64,000 nucleotides of DNA from Camelus dromedarius. Taxonomy: Eukaryota. This document shows, in pieces, positions 1 through 12,330 of this stretch (position 1 is the first letter of the stretch; each line of letters starts with the position of its first letter). A model generated the notes under the pieces. It ran no database searches, was not told the origin of the DNA, and saw nothing but the letters and a program-made list of their open reading frames with translations. The stretch spans positions 10,106,001 to 10,170,000 of the forward strand of contig NC_087436.1 of assembly GCF_036321535.1 (NCBI RefSeq), in the 5' to 3' direction. A program made the translations under genes and the position numbers.

Positions 1-1640
1 TAACTCAATAAATGCCATAAGAATAAAGAATTAAAATTAAATGTGGTATACATTTGACTAATACATTATTACATTACAAATAAATAACAAGATATCTGTA
101 AAATTGAAAATATTTGGGATTTTAGAATACATGATACCAAAATTTGTAGGATGCAGCTGAAGCCATGTTCAGGGAGAAAGAAAGCTTACATTACATAAGC
201 ACTTCCTGTGAAAAGATTATAAGGCACTTAATATAAAAATGCCAAGTCAATGATCTAAGTTGATACCTTACTGTAAACGTAAGAACAATTTAAAAGTAGA
301 GTATTCCAAATCTACATACACACACATGTATGCCAGTAGGAGTGTTAGTGGGTAGAGGGGCTCTCAGATTAGAAAGCCCACCTACAGTGTGAGTCCTTGC
401 CTGTCGGTTGAGAAAGAATTTTCAACAGAGCACAGGGACAAAGAGAAAAGCTGCTTTATTGCTCAAAAGAGGAAAAGCCACTCGAGCGGAGAAGTCGTAA
501 GCCCAAGTGCATAGACAATATCCCACAACAAAAAAATTATCTGCTCTAAAATGTTAATAATGTCAGTTTGGGAAGCCCTGACCTGGCATAAAACATGAAA
601 TGTCACTACACAAAAAACTTGAAGACTCAACTAAGAGAAACTTAAAAATACCTAAATGAGTTGAAAGTTTTAAGAGTTCATGCATTGTTATCATGAATGT
701 ACCTCCCTAAATTAATGTAAAAATTCACATACTTCCTACAAAAACTCGAGTTTTTTAAAGAAATAGACAAGTTTATTCTAAAAAGGTACAGAATTTTTAA
801 AGATCAAAAATCATTCAAACTATCTTGAAAAAAAGAGAATACACTTAGGGCTCTCCAACTCCCTGATTTCAAGACTTACTATAAAGTTATCATGTAGTGT
901 TGGCACACAAATAGGCATTGAATCATCTGAACAGAATAAAGAGTGTAGAAATAAACCCACACATATACAGCCAATTGATTTGCAACAAGGTGCCAAATTC
1001 ATTCAGTAAACAAAGGAGAGCCTTTTGAACAAACGTTGCTGTATCGCAGTTGGGTATCTGCGTGGGCAAAGCAAAACAACAACAACAGTAAACTTGTCTC
1101 CTATCCCTCACCAAACACAAAAATTATATTTGATACAGATCATGGACCCAAGCATTAAACCCAGAACCATAAATCTTCTAGAAGAAAACAGGAGATTATC
1201 TTGGAGAACCTGGAATCAGCAAATTTCCTTGGAGAGGGCATAAACAGCACTGACCAAAAACTTGAAAATGAATTAAATTCCATAAATATTTACAATTTCT
1301 GCTCCTTATAAGATACCACTAATAAAATGAATAACCAAGCCACAGCCTGAGGAAAAATATTTATAACACATATAATAAATGATTTGTACTCATAAGGAAC
1401 ACCTACAAATCAACAGTAAAAAGATGAACATCCCAATTTTTCTGAATGAACCAAAGATTTGAACACTTTGCCATAGAAGATGTACTAATGCTCAATAAAC
1501 ATGGAAGGATACTAAACATCTTTAATCTTTAGGAGTTTGCAAATTAAAACTATAAACAAAATACCATGCCATACCCACTGGAGTGGCCAAAATCAAAAGG
1601 TCTAACTCCACTGACTATTGGTAAAGATATGGAACCACAG
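1..1640 (+). mobile_element. Old, fragmented LINE-1 (ORF2/3' region), interrupted by an LTR fragment at about 340-510
   Basis: A-rich plus strand with L1 ORF2-like text (gatttcaagacttactataaag, cagaataaagagtgtagaaataaacccacacatatacagccaattgattt, tttgcaaattaaaac). No intact ORF. Boundaries approximate. Confidence 0.75.
343..510 (-). mobile_element. ERV LTR fragment
   Basis: Starts tgttag and contains gagtccttgcc...gaaagaatt...gctttatt, typical of the reverse strand of an LTR R/U5 region. Confidence 0.4.
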
Positions 1641-1649
1641 GGAATGGCT

Positions 1650-2120
1650 CCTAGGATTTCCTTCGAGAAATATTGGCCTGCACTCTCAGGCCATGTGTTT
1701 CAGGTAGAGTGGAATCCACCCCTACTTCAGGGACAGGCAGAAGACCCGAGCAAGGCCAAGTAGAACCACAGCAGATAATTAAGAAATATCACCAGGTCTT
1801 AGCTGGCTTAGCTACAGTAAGCAGAGTCAGCCCTGGGTCTCTGTAATTCTTGGGAAAGAAATGTGATTTTTTTGTTTCGTTTTGCATTAACACCTACTCT
1901 GGCAGCTTACAAACCTGGTATAATTGGTGGTCATTGTGATCAACACCCTAGGAGAGTCCTTATGAAGAGAAAACTAACAGAATTTTATGGAGTTGTGAGG
2001 GTTTGGCACCAAATCCAGCACTACATGAGCTTGCTCTAACCCTGAACTTGTCATTTTGGAAAGTCAATGAATTCCCTTTTCCTTCAAGCCAGTTTGAATA
2101 CTACATTTATTTTGCAACTT
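1650..2120 (+). mobile_element. MaLR (MLT1-type) LTR remnant
   Basis: Ends in aattccctttt...aagccagtttga...ttgcaac, resembling the MLT1 3' terminus. Confidence 0.5.
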
Positions 2121-3534
2121 AAAAAAATATTGAGTAAAACAGAAGTAAAACAGATTCCATTTTTTACTTACCATTAAAAAAAGTCAATCTAGAATATATT
2201 AGAATGTTAGAAGTCCATCTGTGTACTATGTTCTTTTTGATGCAAGTTGGAGGGTGACATTAAAATTTTGCTTTATAAGTAAAATACTTCAAAAAGCTTC
2301 TTCTAAAAAGATATGGTATACTATACTATGCTATACCAATTTTAAGCTGAAACATAACTTCTGGAGAAAATATCAGTAGTTAAAATAAATGTGCCCAGGA
2401 TTAAACTACAAAGGAAACAGCAGTGCTGCAAGAAATGAAAATCCATTATCCAAAATGGTTGGGATGGAGAATGAGCAGGAGAAGAGTGGTGTGCATCAAT
2501 TTTCAGGCACAGAAATCAAAGTATAATCAAGTTATTCTGCCCACTGGTCAAACCAAATTGCTGGATTTAGAAAAATAAGTTCTAGAAAAATCTGAGACTG
2601 TCTGCAGATGACAAACTGATACGAGGGCTACTCAGAAATTTTAGAGGGAATGTTCACTAAGAAAACACTTACTTAAAAGCTCCTAATGGTTGTATCTACC
2701 ACCCATTATAAAGACATTTTCAAAATGATACTATGTATGACGTTCAGCATGTCAAATTAAGGTAGTCGATCAGTTAACTGAGTGTAGTCCAAAATTTACA
2801 ATTTTCAGAACGAAAATGGAATAAAAAAATACTATCACTGATGTCATTTTTTGAAGTAAATTTTGAAAGAAAAATCCAAATTAGGTCAAATTTTAATATT
2901 AAAACACAATAGTCTTTAGTTCATTATATATCATCCTTGAAACTGAGAATTTCTCTGTTTGGGCTCTAAATCAGGCATACAGGTCCATCTCAGATAATAA
3001 GAAAAACATCTTTTAATTAGATTTTAATAATAATAGCTGCATTTTTAAAAGGTTATTATTATTATTAAGCACTGTGCTATTTTCTTTAAAAGTATTTTTA
3101 TATTTAATCCTTATAATAACCACTTGTTACAGGTTTCATTGAGGTCATTATAAATCTGAGGAAACTAAGAATTACTAAAGTCAAATAAATACCTTGCCTG
3201 AAGTGAACAGCACACATGGAATTTGGTCTGTCTCACTTCAGATCCCACATACAAGCCAAATACCAGAAAAAAATTTTTCTGAAGTAAATTTAGATCTAAG
3301 AGTGAAGTAAAAAATTCCTAAATTTAGGAACTACAGAGATAAAGATATAGTAGATTGAAGGAAGCCCCTCCTCAACTTTCTGTAACTGCCATTAGCTCAG
3401 TTTCAACAGATACCCCTCTTGAGAAATGTAGTCTGTACACATCAAATCCTTAAAAAATCAAGCGCTGATACTATTTGCAACTCCATTGGAAGAAACAAAG
3501 CTCAACTCCCATTTTAACCAATATTTTTAAAATT

Positions 3535-4920
3535 TCTGAGCAAGATCAAGATGGAGGAGTAGGAGGATGCAGAACTCATTGCCCCCCACAAATACACCAA
3601 AAATATATCTACATGTGGAACATTTCTCACTGAAAACTAACTAGAAACTGGCAGAAAGGGTCCTGTGCAACCAAGGCTGCAAGGATACACATGTAGGCAG
3701 GTGGAAAGGGAAGACAAGTGAATGGGTTGGGACCTGTGTCCCTGGGAGGAAACTCAGAAGAGGAAGGGCATGCCACGGGCAGAGGTCCTCTCTGGAGAGT
3801 GAGCAGTTCAAGACACATTTCGGGTATCCTAGCCCTAGGGTCCAACACCAGGGAGACAAGTCCAGTTAGCTGGTTAGAAAACCAGTGGGACTAACAGGAG
3901 GACTGTAAGAAACCTAGACTCTGCTCACGAAGAGCACACACATGCTTTCTTACTCCCAAACAAGGTTGAGAAAGAAGATTGAAACTGCCTGGGACTCTGG
4001 CCAGTTTCTCGCTGCTGCCCCAGCAGAGCTCATTGCCCTAGCAGAGCTCATTGCCCTCTCTAGCCCCAGTTGCTTCGGAAAGTAGCTCTACACTGGACCA
4101 AAGGCTTCTGCAGCTGAGAGAAGGGTGAGTTGTGAGGGACAGAGCAGGCTTGGACCCTGAACAGTGTCTGAATGGGGTGGGAGCAGCCATGACTGAAGCT
4201 TTCGGAGGCAGGACATCAGAAGTTGTCCAGGACTCAGTCTGGGGCTGAGTTTGCCAAAGCCTGGGCCCTGAACCACACTAACCAACCACTCTGGGCCCTT
4301 TTGCTCCAGTACTGATCCCCTTTGGGGCAGTGATACTGGTGCTGGGAGGGGCAGGAGCACACACTCAGAGGGACCAGAGCCATTTCAGAATAATTACAAG
4401 CTCCCAGAACTTCTGCTCCAGCAACTTGGGACCCAACCCCAACCCCAGTAGGGTGGTAGTGGCCACTGAGCAGGAGAGAAGCCCTGGCTCCTGCCCTGGC
4501 TCCTCTATTTCCAGCCCCACCTCTTAACAAGTTGATAGCTGCCAGCGCACCATGAGGAAACACATGACTCATGCTCTCTTACCAAACCAACAGAGCACAT
4601 GAAGACTGCGAAGGGATGCTCCCGTAAAAGGATATCCCCTCAAGACTGCAATAGGTAACTATTTTATACTAATTCCATAGAGGCCAAGGAAGGTAAGCAA
4701 AATGAGAAGACAGAGGAATTTGTTTCAACTGAAAGAGTAAGAGAAAACACATAAAAACAACTAATGAAACAGAAATAAATAATTTACCAAAAAAAGAGTT
4801 GAAAGCATTAGTAATGAGAATACTCACTGAACTGGGGAGAAGAATAGATGAACACAGCAAGAATTTTCACAAGGAACAAAAATTTGAAAAGAACCTGTCA
4901 GAGCTGAAGAATACAATAAT
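3535..4920 (+). mobile_element. LINE-1 5' UTR plus start of ORF1 (3'-truncated, degenerate)
   Basis: Begins caagatggaggagtaggaggat... (L1 5' end), followed by a GC-richer UTR and an ORF1-like start at about 4702 (atgagaagacagaggaatttg...atactcactgaactggggagaagaatagatgaacacagc) that contains stops. Confidence 0.75.
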
Positions 4921-5618
4921 ATTTAGAAATTGACAAGTAGCAGAGATCCCGTGCTAGCAAATACAATTACATGGATTTTTTTTTTTTTGGTGAGATTACT
5001 TTTTTTGGATATTTGTATCCTATAGTAATACTACAGCAACTGTTTTTATTTTTACAAAATTATCCTTAAATCTTAGGAAATAAACAGAGTGATGATCATG
5101 ATCAATTTTCAATAGGAAAAAGCAGAACCAGCTCAGAGAAAAAAGGCAGTGTGACTATTGTCCCAAGCAGGCCCCGATTTCTCTGATTCCCAAGTCAGTG
5201 ATTCCTGGTCTCTACCATACCTTCCAGAACAACAACCCTGAGACAAATTGGTTAAGCCTCCAAAGAACTTAACGAGGACACTTAAAAGAAAGCAATAAAA
5301 ATAAGGAACTAATTACCTGACAAAGAGTAATTTTAAATTTAGTTTTGAACTTTTATGACTGGTACTTTGTTCTTATATTCCAGCCACAAAATCTATGCAC
5401 ACAGTGAAAAGTGAGGGGCCTGCTTAAGAGATGGCTCTTCAGTACACATGTTTTTCTCTAGTGATGTTTCTCCAGCTCAGACTTACTTCCAGGACTACTG
5501 TTGCGGGGACACGCCTCATTCTGTTTCTGGTTTAGAGGGGAGTTTCTTGCTTATCAGGCTAGAAAGCAAGTCACACGCACACGGCACAAACTGAATAGAG
5601 CTACTGGGTTTTAAGTGC

Positions 5619-5624
5619 TTTATT
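5619..5624 (-). terminator. Likely TKTL2 polyadenylation signal (AATAAA)
   Basis: tttatt on plus = AATAAA on minus, about 760 nt after the stop codon. Adjacent TGTA upstream and a GT-rich tract (cagtttgtgccgtgtgcgtgtg) downstream. Confidence 0.6.
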
Positions 5625-6385
5625 ACATACTCTAGTCTCCACTAAGGAAGACGAATACAATCAAGTTAGTGATCCAGTTTGGTCACTGAGAAAATGAAAT
5701 ATTTCTGAAACCTCACAATACAGTGTAGCGTGCAAAGTAGAACTACTTAGGCTTTTATCTTTTTACAGAAGTCACTGCAATTTCACTGCAAGTACATCAG
5801 CAGAGATTTTATCGCTGCCCTTCAGTCTCTAAACTGCAGGAGAGATGAAGGCAAACTTCGGAGGAAATTCCAAGGCAACTGAAGTCAAACATTATCCCAG
5901 AAGCTGCAGGGAGGATGGCATTACATGAAAGCTCACACTCACTTCTAAACCTAGGCTTCCGAAGTCTACAATTAAATTCACATCTTCTTTCCATCCAAAG
6001 AAATTACACACATTTAAGAAACTGTTACCCCTACGTTGATTTCAGCCTAGTCAATGATTTGCAGTCTTAGCAGGAAACTTCCCTTAGGTGGTTGTTTTGT
6101 TTACTATTCTGCAACTGAAAATATTATCACTTACTTTAATAATTCAAAAGTGATAGTGACATTTGTATACATACTCACAGCTTAAGAGAAAGATCGTTGA
6201 CTTGAATTTCTGAATTAGGAATGAAGAAAGGTGTTACATGGCTTTGTTGAAAAAAACCAACAAACTAAGGCACAACGGGAAAGATAGAAATGACAGCTTT
6301 GTAACAACAATCATGAAAGTAACAGAAACATACCGGTGTTTTAAGGCTCATGCCAACAGACGGACTTTTAAAGAAATCGCCTATT

Positions 6386-8260
6386 TTAGTTCATTAAAGT
6401 ATTTTTCACAGACGCTATGATGTGTCTAGCGCTGATTCCAAACGTATCTAACAATTCACTAGGTTTCTCACTTGGAGGCACTGCGGACACTGCCAGCTGA
6501 TGAACGTGGATGCCGGGCTCCCCCGAGACAGCCGCGCATACAGCTTCCCCAATGCCCCCTTCTTGGCAGTGCTCCTCCACCGTGATAACCCAGCCACCTG
6601 TGGCTTTTGCTTTGGAGATAATGGTGGCAGCATCCAGGGGTTTAATGGTAAACGGGTCAATGACACAGACAGAAATACCTTGTTGAGAAAGAGCATCAGC
6701 GGCCACTAAGGCTTCATGCAGGGTAACTCCAGCGCCAATAACTGTGACTTTGTCATTACTGCTGTGGCGGACAACCTTGGCCTGTCCGATCTCAAAATTT
6801 TCTCCTGGGGTATAAATAACTGCGGTGTCTTGTCCGCTGGTTCGAATGAAGCACATTCCTTTGGTATTGGCAGCCAGATAAATAGCATGCTCTGTTGAGA
6901 CCGCATCGCTCGGATAGAAAACAGTGCAATTGGGAATGCTTCTGAACATGGCTAGATCGTCGAGGGCCATCTGGGAGGGTCCATCCGCAACCACCGACAG
7001 CCCGCAGTGGGAACCAATGAGATTGATGTTGGTTCGAGAGATGGCTCCCATCCGGATCTGATCGAATGCTCGGGTCAAAAAGGCAGCTAAGGTAGTAACG
7101 AAGGCGATGGTTCGACCACGTGTGGCACAGCCCAGCGCCACACTTACCATGTTTTGTTCTGCAGTGAAACACTCAATAAAACGCTCGGGGTGTTCTTTCT
7201 TGAATATCTCACAAAAGGTGTTCTTTGGATCACCATCCAGGACAATAACTCTCCCATTTGCACGGCCCAGTTTAGCCAGAGCCAAACCATATGCTTTCTG
7301 AGTCGCTATCTTGTCGCCCACTTTATAATCAGGCAGAGAGCTCATCTTTATATTTGTGATGCTGATCTGAGGGGAACCTTCAACAGGGGGGTTTGGAATG
7401 AGATTCCGATTGGTCTGGATCTGACTCTCAATGAGTCTGATGACTTCCTCTGCTCTTTCTTTTGTCATTGGCTTTCCATGCCAATTTTCTGCATCCTCAA
7501 CGTTTGGAATCCCCCGGCCCTTGAAGGTCTTCGCAACTATGGTAGTGGGCTTGTTCTTCACTTGAGCTGCTTGGCAAAACACGTGGCACAACGCCTCCAC
7601 ATCGTGGCCATCCACTAAGTAAGTGTTCCACCCAAAGGCCTCGCAGCGACTCCGATAGGCGTCTGTGCAGTGCTTCAGGGGCGTGACGCCACTTTGTCCC
7701 AGGCGGTTCACGTCGAAGACTGCCACAAGATTGTCCAAACTGTAGTGGGAAGCAAAGGCCAACGCTTCCCAGACAGAGCCTTCCGAAGATTCGCCGTCGC
7801 CCATGAGGCAGAACACGCGGTAGCCGGCCTTGTCCAGGTACTTGCCGGTATAAGCCATGCCGCACGCGGCCCCCAACCCCTGCCCCAGTGACCCTGTCGC
7901 CACATCGACAAACGGCAGTCTGGGGGTGGGATGCCCCTCCAGGTCACAGTGGATTGTCCTCAAGTTCAGCAGGTCGGGTTCGTCGACGCCGCCCGCCTCC
8001 ACCCAGGCGGCGTAGAGGAGTGGCGCTGCGTGGCCCTTGGAGAGGATGAATCTGTCGTTGTCGGGGTGCTGCGGCTCCGTCTGCCTGTACCTCATCGTGT
8101 GGAAGAAGAGCACCGACACGATCTCGGCGGCGCTGCAGCACGACGTGGGGTGGCCGGAGCCGGAGGCACACGTGGCCCTGATGGAATGGATGCGCAGGCG
8201 GTTGGCCAGGTCCTGCAGCACCTGCACGATGCCGGCGTCCGGCGGGCCGTTGTCGGCCAT
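6386..8260 (-). CDS. TKTL2: Transketolase-like protein 2 (intronless, 624 aa)
   Basis: Uninterrupted ORF with transketolase motifs ([29 protein letters not shown]...N ThDP motif, WHGKP, AEQNMV, SHCG...DGPSQM). Start gccgccATGG at 8260 is a perfect Kozak context. Lack of introns and synteny with TMA16/MARCHF1 distinguish it from TKT and TKTL1. Confidence 0.96.
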   Translation of the reverse strand: MADNGPPDAGIVQVLQDLANRLRIHSIRATCASGSGHPTSCCSAAEIVSVLFFHTMRYRQTEPQHPDNDRFILSKGHAAPLLYAAWVEAGGVDEPDLLNLRTIHCDLEGHPTPRLPFVDVATGSLGQGLGAACGMAYTGKYLDKAGYRVFCLMGDGESSEGSVWEALAFASHYSLDNLVAVFDVNRLGQSGVTPLKHCTDAYRSRCEAFGWNTYLVDGHDVEALCHVFCQAAQVKNKPTTIVAKTFKGRGIPNVEDAENWHGKPMTKERAEEVIRLIESQIQTNRNLIPNPPVEGSPQISITNIKMSSLPDYKVGDKIATQKAYGLALAKLGRANGRVIVLDGDPKNTFCEIFKKEHPERFIECFTAEQNMVSVALGCATRGRTIAFVTTLAAFLTRAFDQIRMGAISRTNINLIGSHCGLSVVADGPSQMALDDLAMFRSIPNCTVFYPSDAVSTEHAIYLAANTKGMCFIRTSGQDTAVIYTPGENFEIGQAKVVRHSSNDKVTVIGAGVTLHEALVAADALSQQGISVCVIDPFTIKPLDAATIISKAKATGGWVITVEEHCQEGGIGEAVCAAVSGEPGIHVHQLAVSAVPPSEKPSELLDTFGISARHIIASVKNTLMN

Positions 8261-8570
8261 GGCGGCGCCCGCCCTGCTTCCTGCGGAGCAAACGGTCGTG
8301 CCTGGCGGTCCCGTCACGTGACAGCGCGCCCCGCCCCCGCCTCCTGGTAAACGAACTCGAGCTCGCGGCTGGCGTCATGTGACTGTGCACCTTAGCCCCG
8401 CCTCCCTGAGGAAAGAAGCGGGACGGTGCTGTCACGTGACAGCACCCTGGCCCCGCCTCCTTGAGGAAGTTCGGCAGTCCTGCCACGTGACAGCGCGCAG
8501 GGAAACTGCTCTCCAGACAGAGGGGTGCGCGAGGTCCCTGCCCCGCCCCACCGCTCCCGTCCGGTGAGTG
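7550..8570. promoter_or_regulatory. CpG island covering the TKTL2 promoter and 5' coding region
   Basis: Visibly GC- and CpG-dense compared with the AT-rich flanks. Confidence 0.85.
8313..8500. promoter_or_regulatory. Tandem array of four E-box units, three followed by a GC-box (TKTL2 promoter)
   Basis: gtcacgtgac 8313-8322, gtcatgtgac 8374-8383, gtcacgtgac 8431-8440, gccacgtgac 8482-8491. The first three are each followed by ccccgcctcc. Confidence 0.8.
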
Positions 8571-9302
8571 GATGTTTAATGTTTAGTCACTTGCATGCTC
8601 AACACTATTATTAAATATCTTTATACCTTTCCTCCTGCTGTAAATTCAAAAGGGGACCCTGGTCGGCCCGTGTGTTTGGGAAGCTGTGTGTTGAGGTCGT
8701 GCTGTCTTTTCCTGCCTTGATGGTCGGCCGAGACATCGTTTCTGTTCCGCTGTAAAGCGTTAACGGGAGTGATCCAGAGTCACCTTCAGTCTAACCCATA
8801 CGGGAACATTATGTCAATGAGACTTTCTAGAGCAGCTGAAAATTCTGACTCTGATTTATAGACAGAAATGTGATTACTCATTTGACCAAAAGTTCCAGGA
8901 AGGTCAAATCTAAAACCACTGAGTGGCAGGGTGTCTAGAACTGCAATTTCCCCAGTGTACCCTAAAATATTGTCACTAGTAGTAGATTTTAAAAACTTAA
9001 TTTACTGGCTTTTTTTTTTTTTTTAATAAAACTAAACTTGTACCATTGAGCACTTTTAGCAGCAAAGGGTTATAGCTTATCAAAAACACCAGAAACACAA
9101 TGACAGTAATATATCCACTTCCATGCTGCTGCGATAAATAGCTTGATTCTTGAGCAATAATGCTTAGCACTGACTTCACATTAAAGTCATCACACTGGAA
9201 GCAAAAAATAAAAATGCCTGGACTCCACCCCCAGACAAGCCAAATTTAAATCTAAGGGGCTAGAGTCTGGGATGCTGTATTTTAATTCACCTGTTGATTC
9301 TG

Positions 9303-9698
9303 TGTAAGGAAAATTAAATGAAGTTGGTCTTTGCTAAGAGAGCTCTAAAATGGAGCAGGAGGCCATTGAGGAAGTGATTTGACCACTTATTGTCTTAAGG
9401 CCGGCATCCAGAACATCTGCCCAATGTTCCAGAAATCAAGATGCTTATTGGACCCTCACCCTGAATAACTCTTGACAGCCCAGCCCTTAAGGACAAATGC
9501 CTCCTTCTTGCACCAGTGTCAATCATGATCCTTGCCAGCTGACTTTAATAACCTTGTGGCTTTTACCCTTGTAAGGCCCTCTTTCTCTCCCCTGAAGACT
9601 TTTGGTTTTACCCAAATCTGTGTTTCTGGAGTTGCAATTCCTAAGACCCCAAATAAAGCTCTTTGTTTTTGGCTGTCCTGATACTTTATTGTTTGACA
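9303..9698 (+). mobile_element. Solo ERV LTR inserted into a MER5-like DNA transposon
   Basis: TG...CA termini, aaaatggag near the 5' end and AATAAA near the 3' end. Flanked by attctg (9297-9302 and 9699-9704). The flanks rejoin into a MER5-like sequence. Confidence 0.85.
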
Positions 9699-9749
9699 AT
9701 TCTGATGTTTAGTCAAAGTTAAGAGCCAGTAATCTTCAGACAGACTGAG

Positions 9750-9925
9750 GTCAGTGGTTCCCAAATTGGTTGTACTTTAAAATCATCTGAGGAATTAAAA
9801 AAAATGAATCTCATGTCCACTCCAAAGCAATTAAATCATAATTTCTGGGTGATGGATCAAGGCATATGTAATCTTGAAAATTCTCCAGATAGTTTCAATT
9901 TTTAATCAGGTTATAAACAACTAAC
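9750..9925. mobile_element. MER5A-like hAT-Charlie element
   Basis: cagtggttcccaaa...aatcatctgagga...attaaatcataatttctggg...ctccagatagttt. Confidence 0.6.
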
Positions 9926-12056
9926 TCAGGGAGTCTTGCCACTTTTTATATATCTGTTACATTGTATCTCAGAAAAAAATTTGAAATATTATTTGCCATT
10001 TAAACTGTTTCTACCATTTTTATTTTTAAGAATATATTTAGAATAAACCATAATGATCTGACACTGACAAGATTTTAAGACTTGCTGAAGGAATGTTAGA
10101 GTTGGAAAAATCCTTCAGAGGTCATCTTGTATTATTCCACATGCCTTTTGCAAATTAATGCTTGCTTATCTTTTTAGACAAATAAAGGAAGAGAAAATAA
10201 AGACATACTTAAGTAGGACTGGGAGGAAAGATGGGAATTAGAGATAAAAATATTCACAGCATCATAATAACAAACTACGAGGGGCTGACAGGAAAGCACT
10301 TAATATAAATGTAGGTAACTCACTATTATTTTGGCTGACAAGAGCTCTAGTAAATCCAAACAATTGGTAAACATGATAATATTAAAACGATCTGTGAGGC
10401 AGTGTTCATCTGAAAGAAAAATGGGAGAAATAAGAACTACTTAATATTTCTTTTAAAGTTCCCAAATTCTTCCATTCATTTAAAGTATTGCACAACTATC
10501 TCCCAAAGTATTAAGCAGAAAGTTTTTAACATTAGTAAAGGTCAATTTTGTTAAGAACAGAATGCAGTCTTGGAAATTTAATACCCTAGATAATGAGTGT
10601 GAATTTCCGTATGTTGTGTGAGACTGTGGATTTTTTTTTTTTTACGACCTAGAAAATAGTGTTTTGCAAATTATCTGTAAAATATTTTAAAGTGTTCTGA
10701 GATTTTTTTTTTAGAGGAGGGAATGGAAATTTATGTATAAATTATTAATATTTCTGGTAGGCATTTTTAGTCTTTTAAAATATTTTTAAATATTTAAATT
10801 GAAAATAACCATGTAAGTATAAAGTATGCATCATTTGATAATGCAGATCACCCAATGAAGCTGTGAACACAAGTTAGTCAAATAAATCAAAGCCACGATA
10901 TCACATTCTATTTTCCGCTTTTAGAAGAGGCTGTTACTGACAAGAGGCCAGCCCACAGTTTTTAAGCCAACATGCCAAAAATTCAGCTGTCTTGGAGAAA
11001 AGTCCATTACTCATTTTAGAAGTCATTTTGGAAGACAGTCCAACATTGTCTGCAAATAGGAGGAAATTATTCATTTATTAATTTTGTTTTATCCACATAA
11101 AAAAAGGATTAGCAAACCTAGGTACCTACCGGATCAGGGAGTTACCATGAGTAAAGGAATGCAGGGCTGGAGGGACCTAGACAAACTGGAGAATACAAGC
11201 CCACCTGAAGGCATTCAAAACTGAAAAACTTGTGAACATTTCATTGGAGAAAATGTATCTTCAGACTGCCAGTTTTTACCCCTGATTTAAGGTCTGTTAT
11301 AAATAAACACATACATCCATAAGCACATATTTTGTTTTACCTTTGTTTAAATTTTTCACTATAATTTTTTCTCACTATATGAAAAAATACTTTTTGTAGT
11401 GTGTACTTCAAGTGAAAAGAAAACCTAACAGGATCACTAATACAAATAGCTACGGAAGGGAAAGTAAAAATAGCCAGAAGTGGTCCATGGGACTTCTGGG
11501 GAAATAGCTTCTAATTTTTTAAGAATTAAATGCTGGACATCGCTTGGAAGAGGTGCTGTATTTTAGTTCATTAAATCTCTTTTAAAGAGTATTGGACTTC
11601 ATTTGAGCAGACAGCTTGGTGCTTTAAAAATGTTTAAGTTCATTAAGACAGATGCAAAGTGTGCTTCACTCTGTGTTAATACAAAACCATAATCGTCGGG
11701 TCTCCACCGATGGCCCCGAGTGTTGAGCAAGGACCCTCCACTGTGGTCAGCTTTCAGATGTGTGGGTCAGCCCTGTGGGAGCTGGGGACTGTTTGGTTTA
11801 CTGCCGGCAGGTTGTTTGCCTGCCCTGCTCTGTGTAAGGTAGCCTTCTCTGCAGGGCTGTCCAGGCAGAGCCTCAGGAAGGAGGAGGATGTGGTTTACCT
11901 TGTTTGTTTTCTTGTTTGGGGTCACAGTCCTGTGCTGCCTGTTTTCCAGTGTATGAACATTGCTGTTGCTTTGTGTAGTGTGTCTACGTTTGCGGGTGTT
12001 TATGGCTACAGGGTAAGTCTCATTCTAACTATTCTATCATAGCTTCAGAACATGTA

Positions 12057-12186
12057 TTTTTTTTTTTTTTTGAGGGGGAAGGTAATTTGGTTTACTTTTA
12101 TTTATTTTTAGAGGAGGTACTGGGGATTGAACCCAGGACCTTGTGTATGCTAAGCATGCGCTCTACCACTTAAGCTATGCCCTCCC
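12057..12186 (-). mobile_element. tRNA-derived camelid-type SINE (vic-1-like)
   Basis: Reverse strand reads gggagggcatagcttaagtggtagagcgcatgcttagcatacacaaggtcctgggttcaatccccagtacctcc, with A and B boxes and an A-rich tail. Confidence 0.85.
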
Positions 12187-12199
12187 TGCAGAACAGCAT

Positions 12200-12273
12200 T
12201 GATTTTTAATTGAAGTATAGTTGATTTACAAAGTTGTGTTAGTTTCTGGTGTACAGATTCAGTCATACATATA

Positions 12274-12309
<36 letters not shown>

Positions 12310-12330
12310 CACACACATATATATATACAC
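12200..12330 (-). repeat. Short L1 3' end followed by a (TG)/(TA)/(CA) microsatellite
   Basis: tttttaattgaagtatagttgatttaca...gtttctggtgtacag, then dinucleotide runs. Confidence 0.7.

Noticed and set aside
8261..8317. 19-aa N-terminal extension of TKTL2 (MTGPPG...) in the ORF track
   Set aside because: It starts at a GTG inside the promoter E-box. The ATG at 8260 has a perfect Kozak context and matches the expected N-terminus.
7154..8486. Antisense and alternate-frame ORFs overlapping TKTL2
   Set aside because: Expected shadows of a GC-rich coding sequence.
6382..11575. Identical 17-mer tattttagttcattaaa at 6382-6398 and 11559-11575, a possible TSD of the TKTL2 retrogene
   Set aside because: One copy overlaps the stop codon rather than lying beyond the poly(A) site, and an AT-rich match of this length is plausible by chance in 64 kb.
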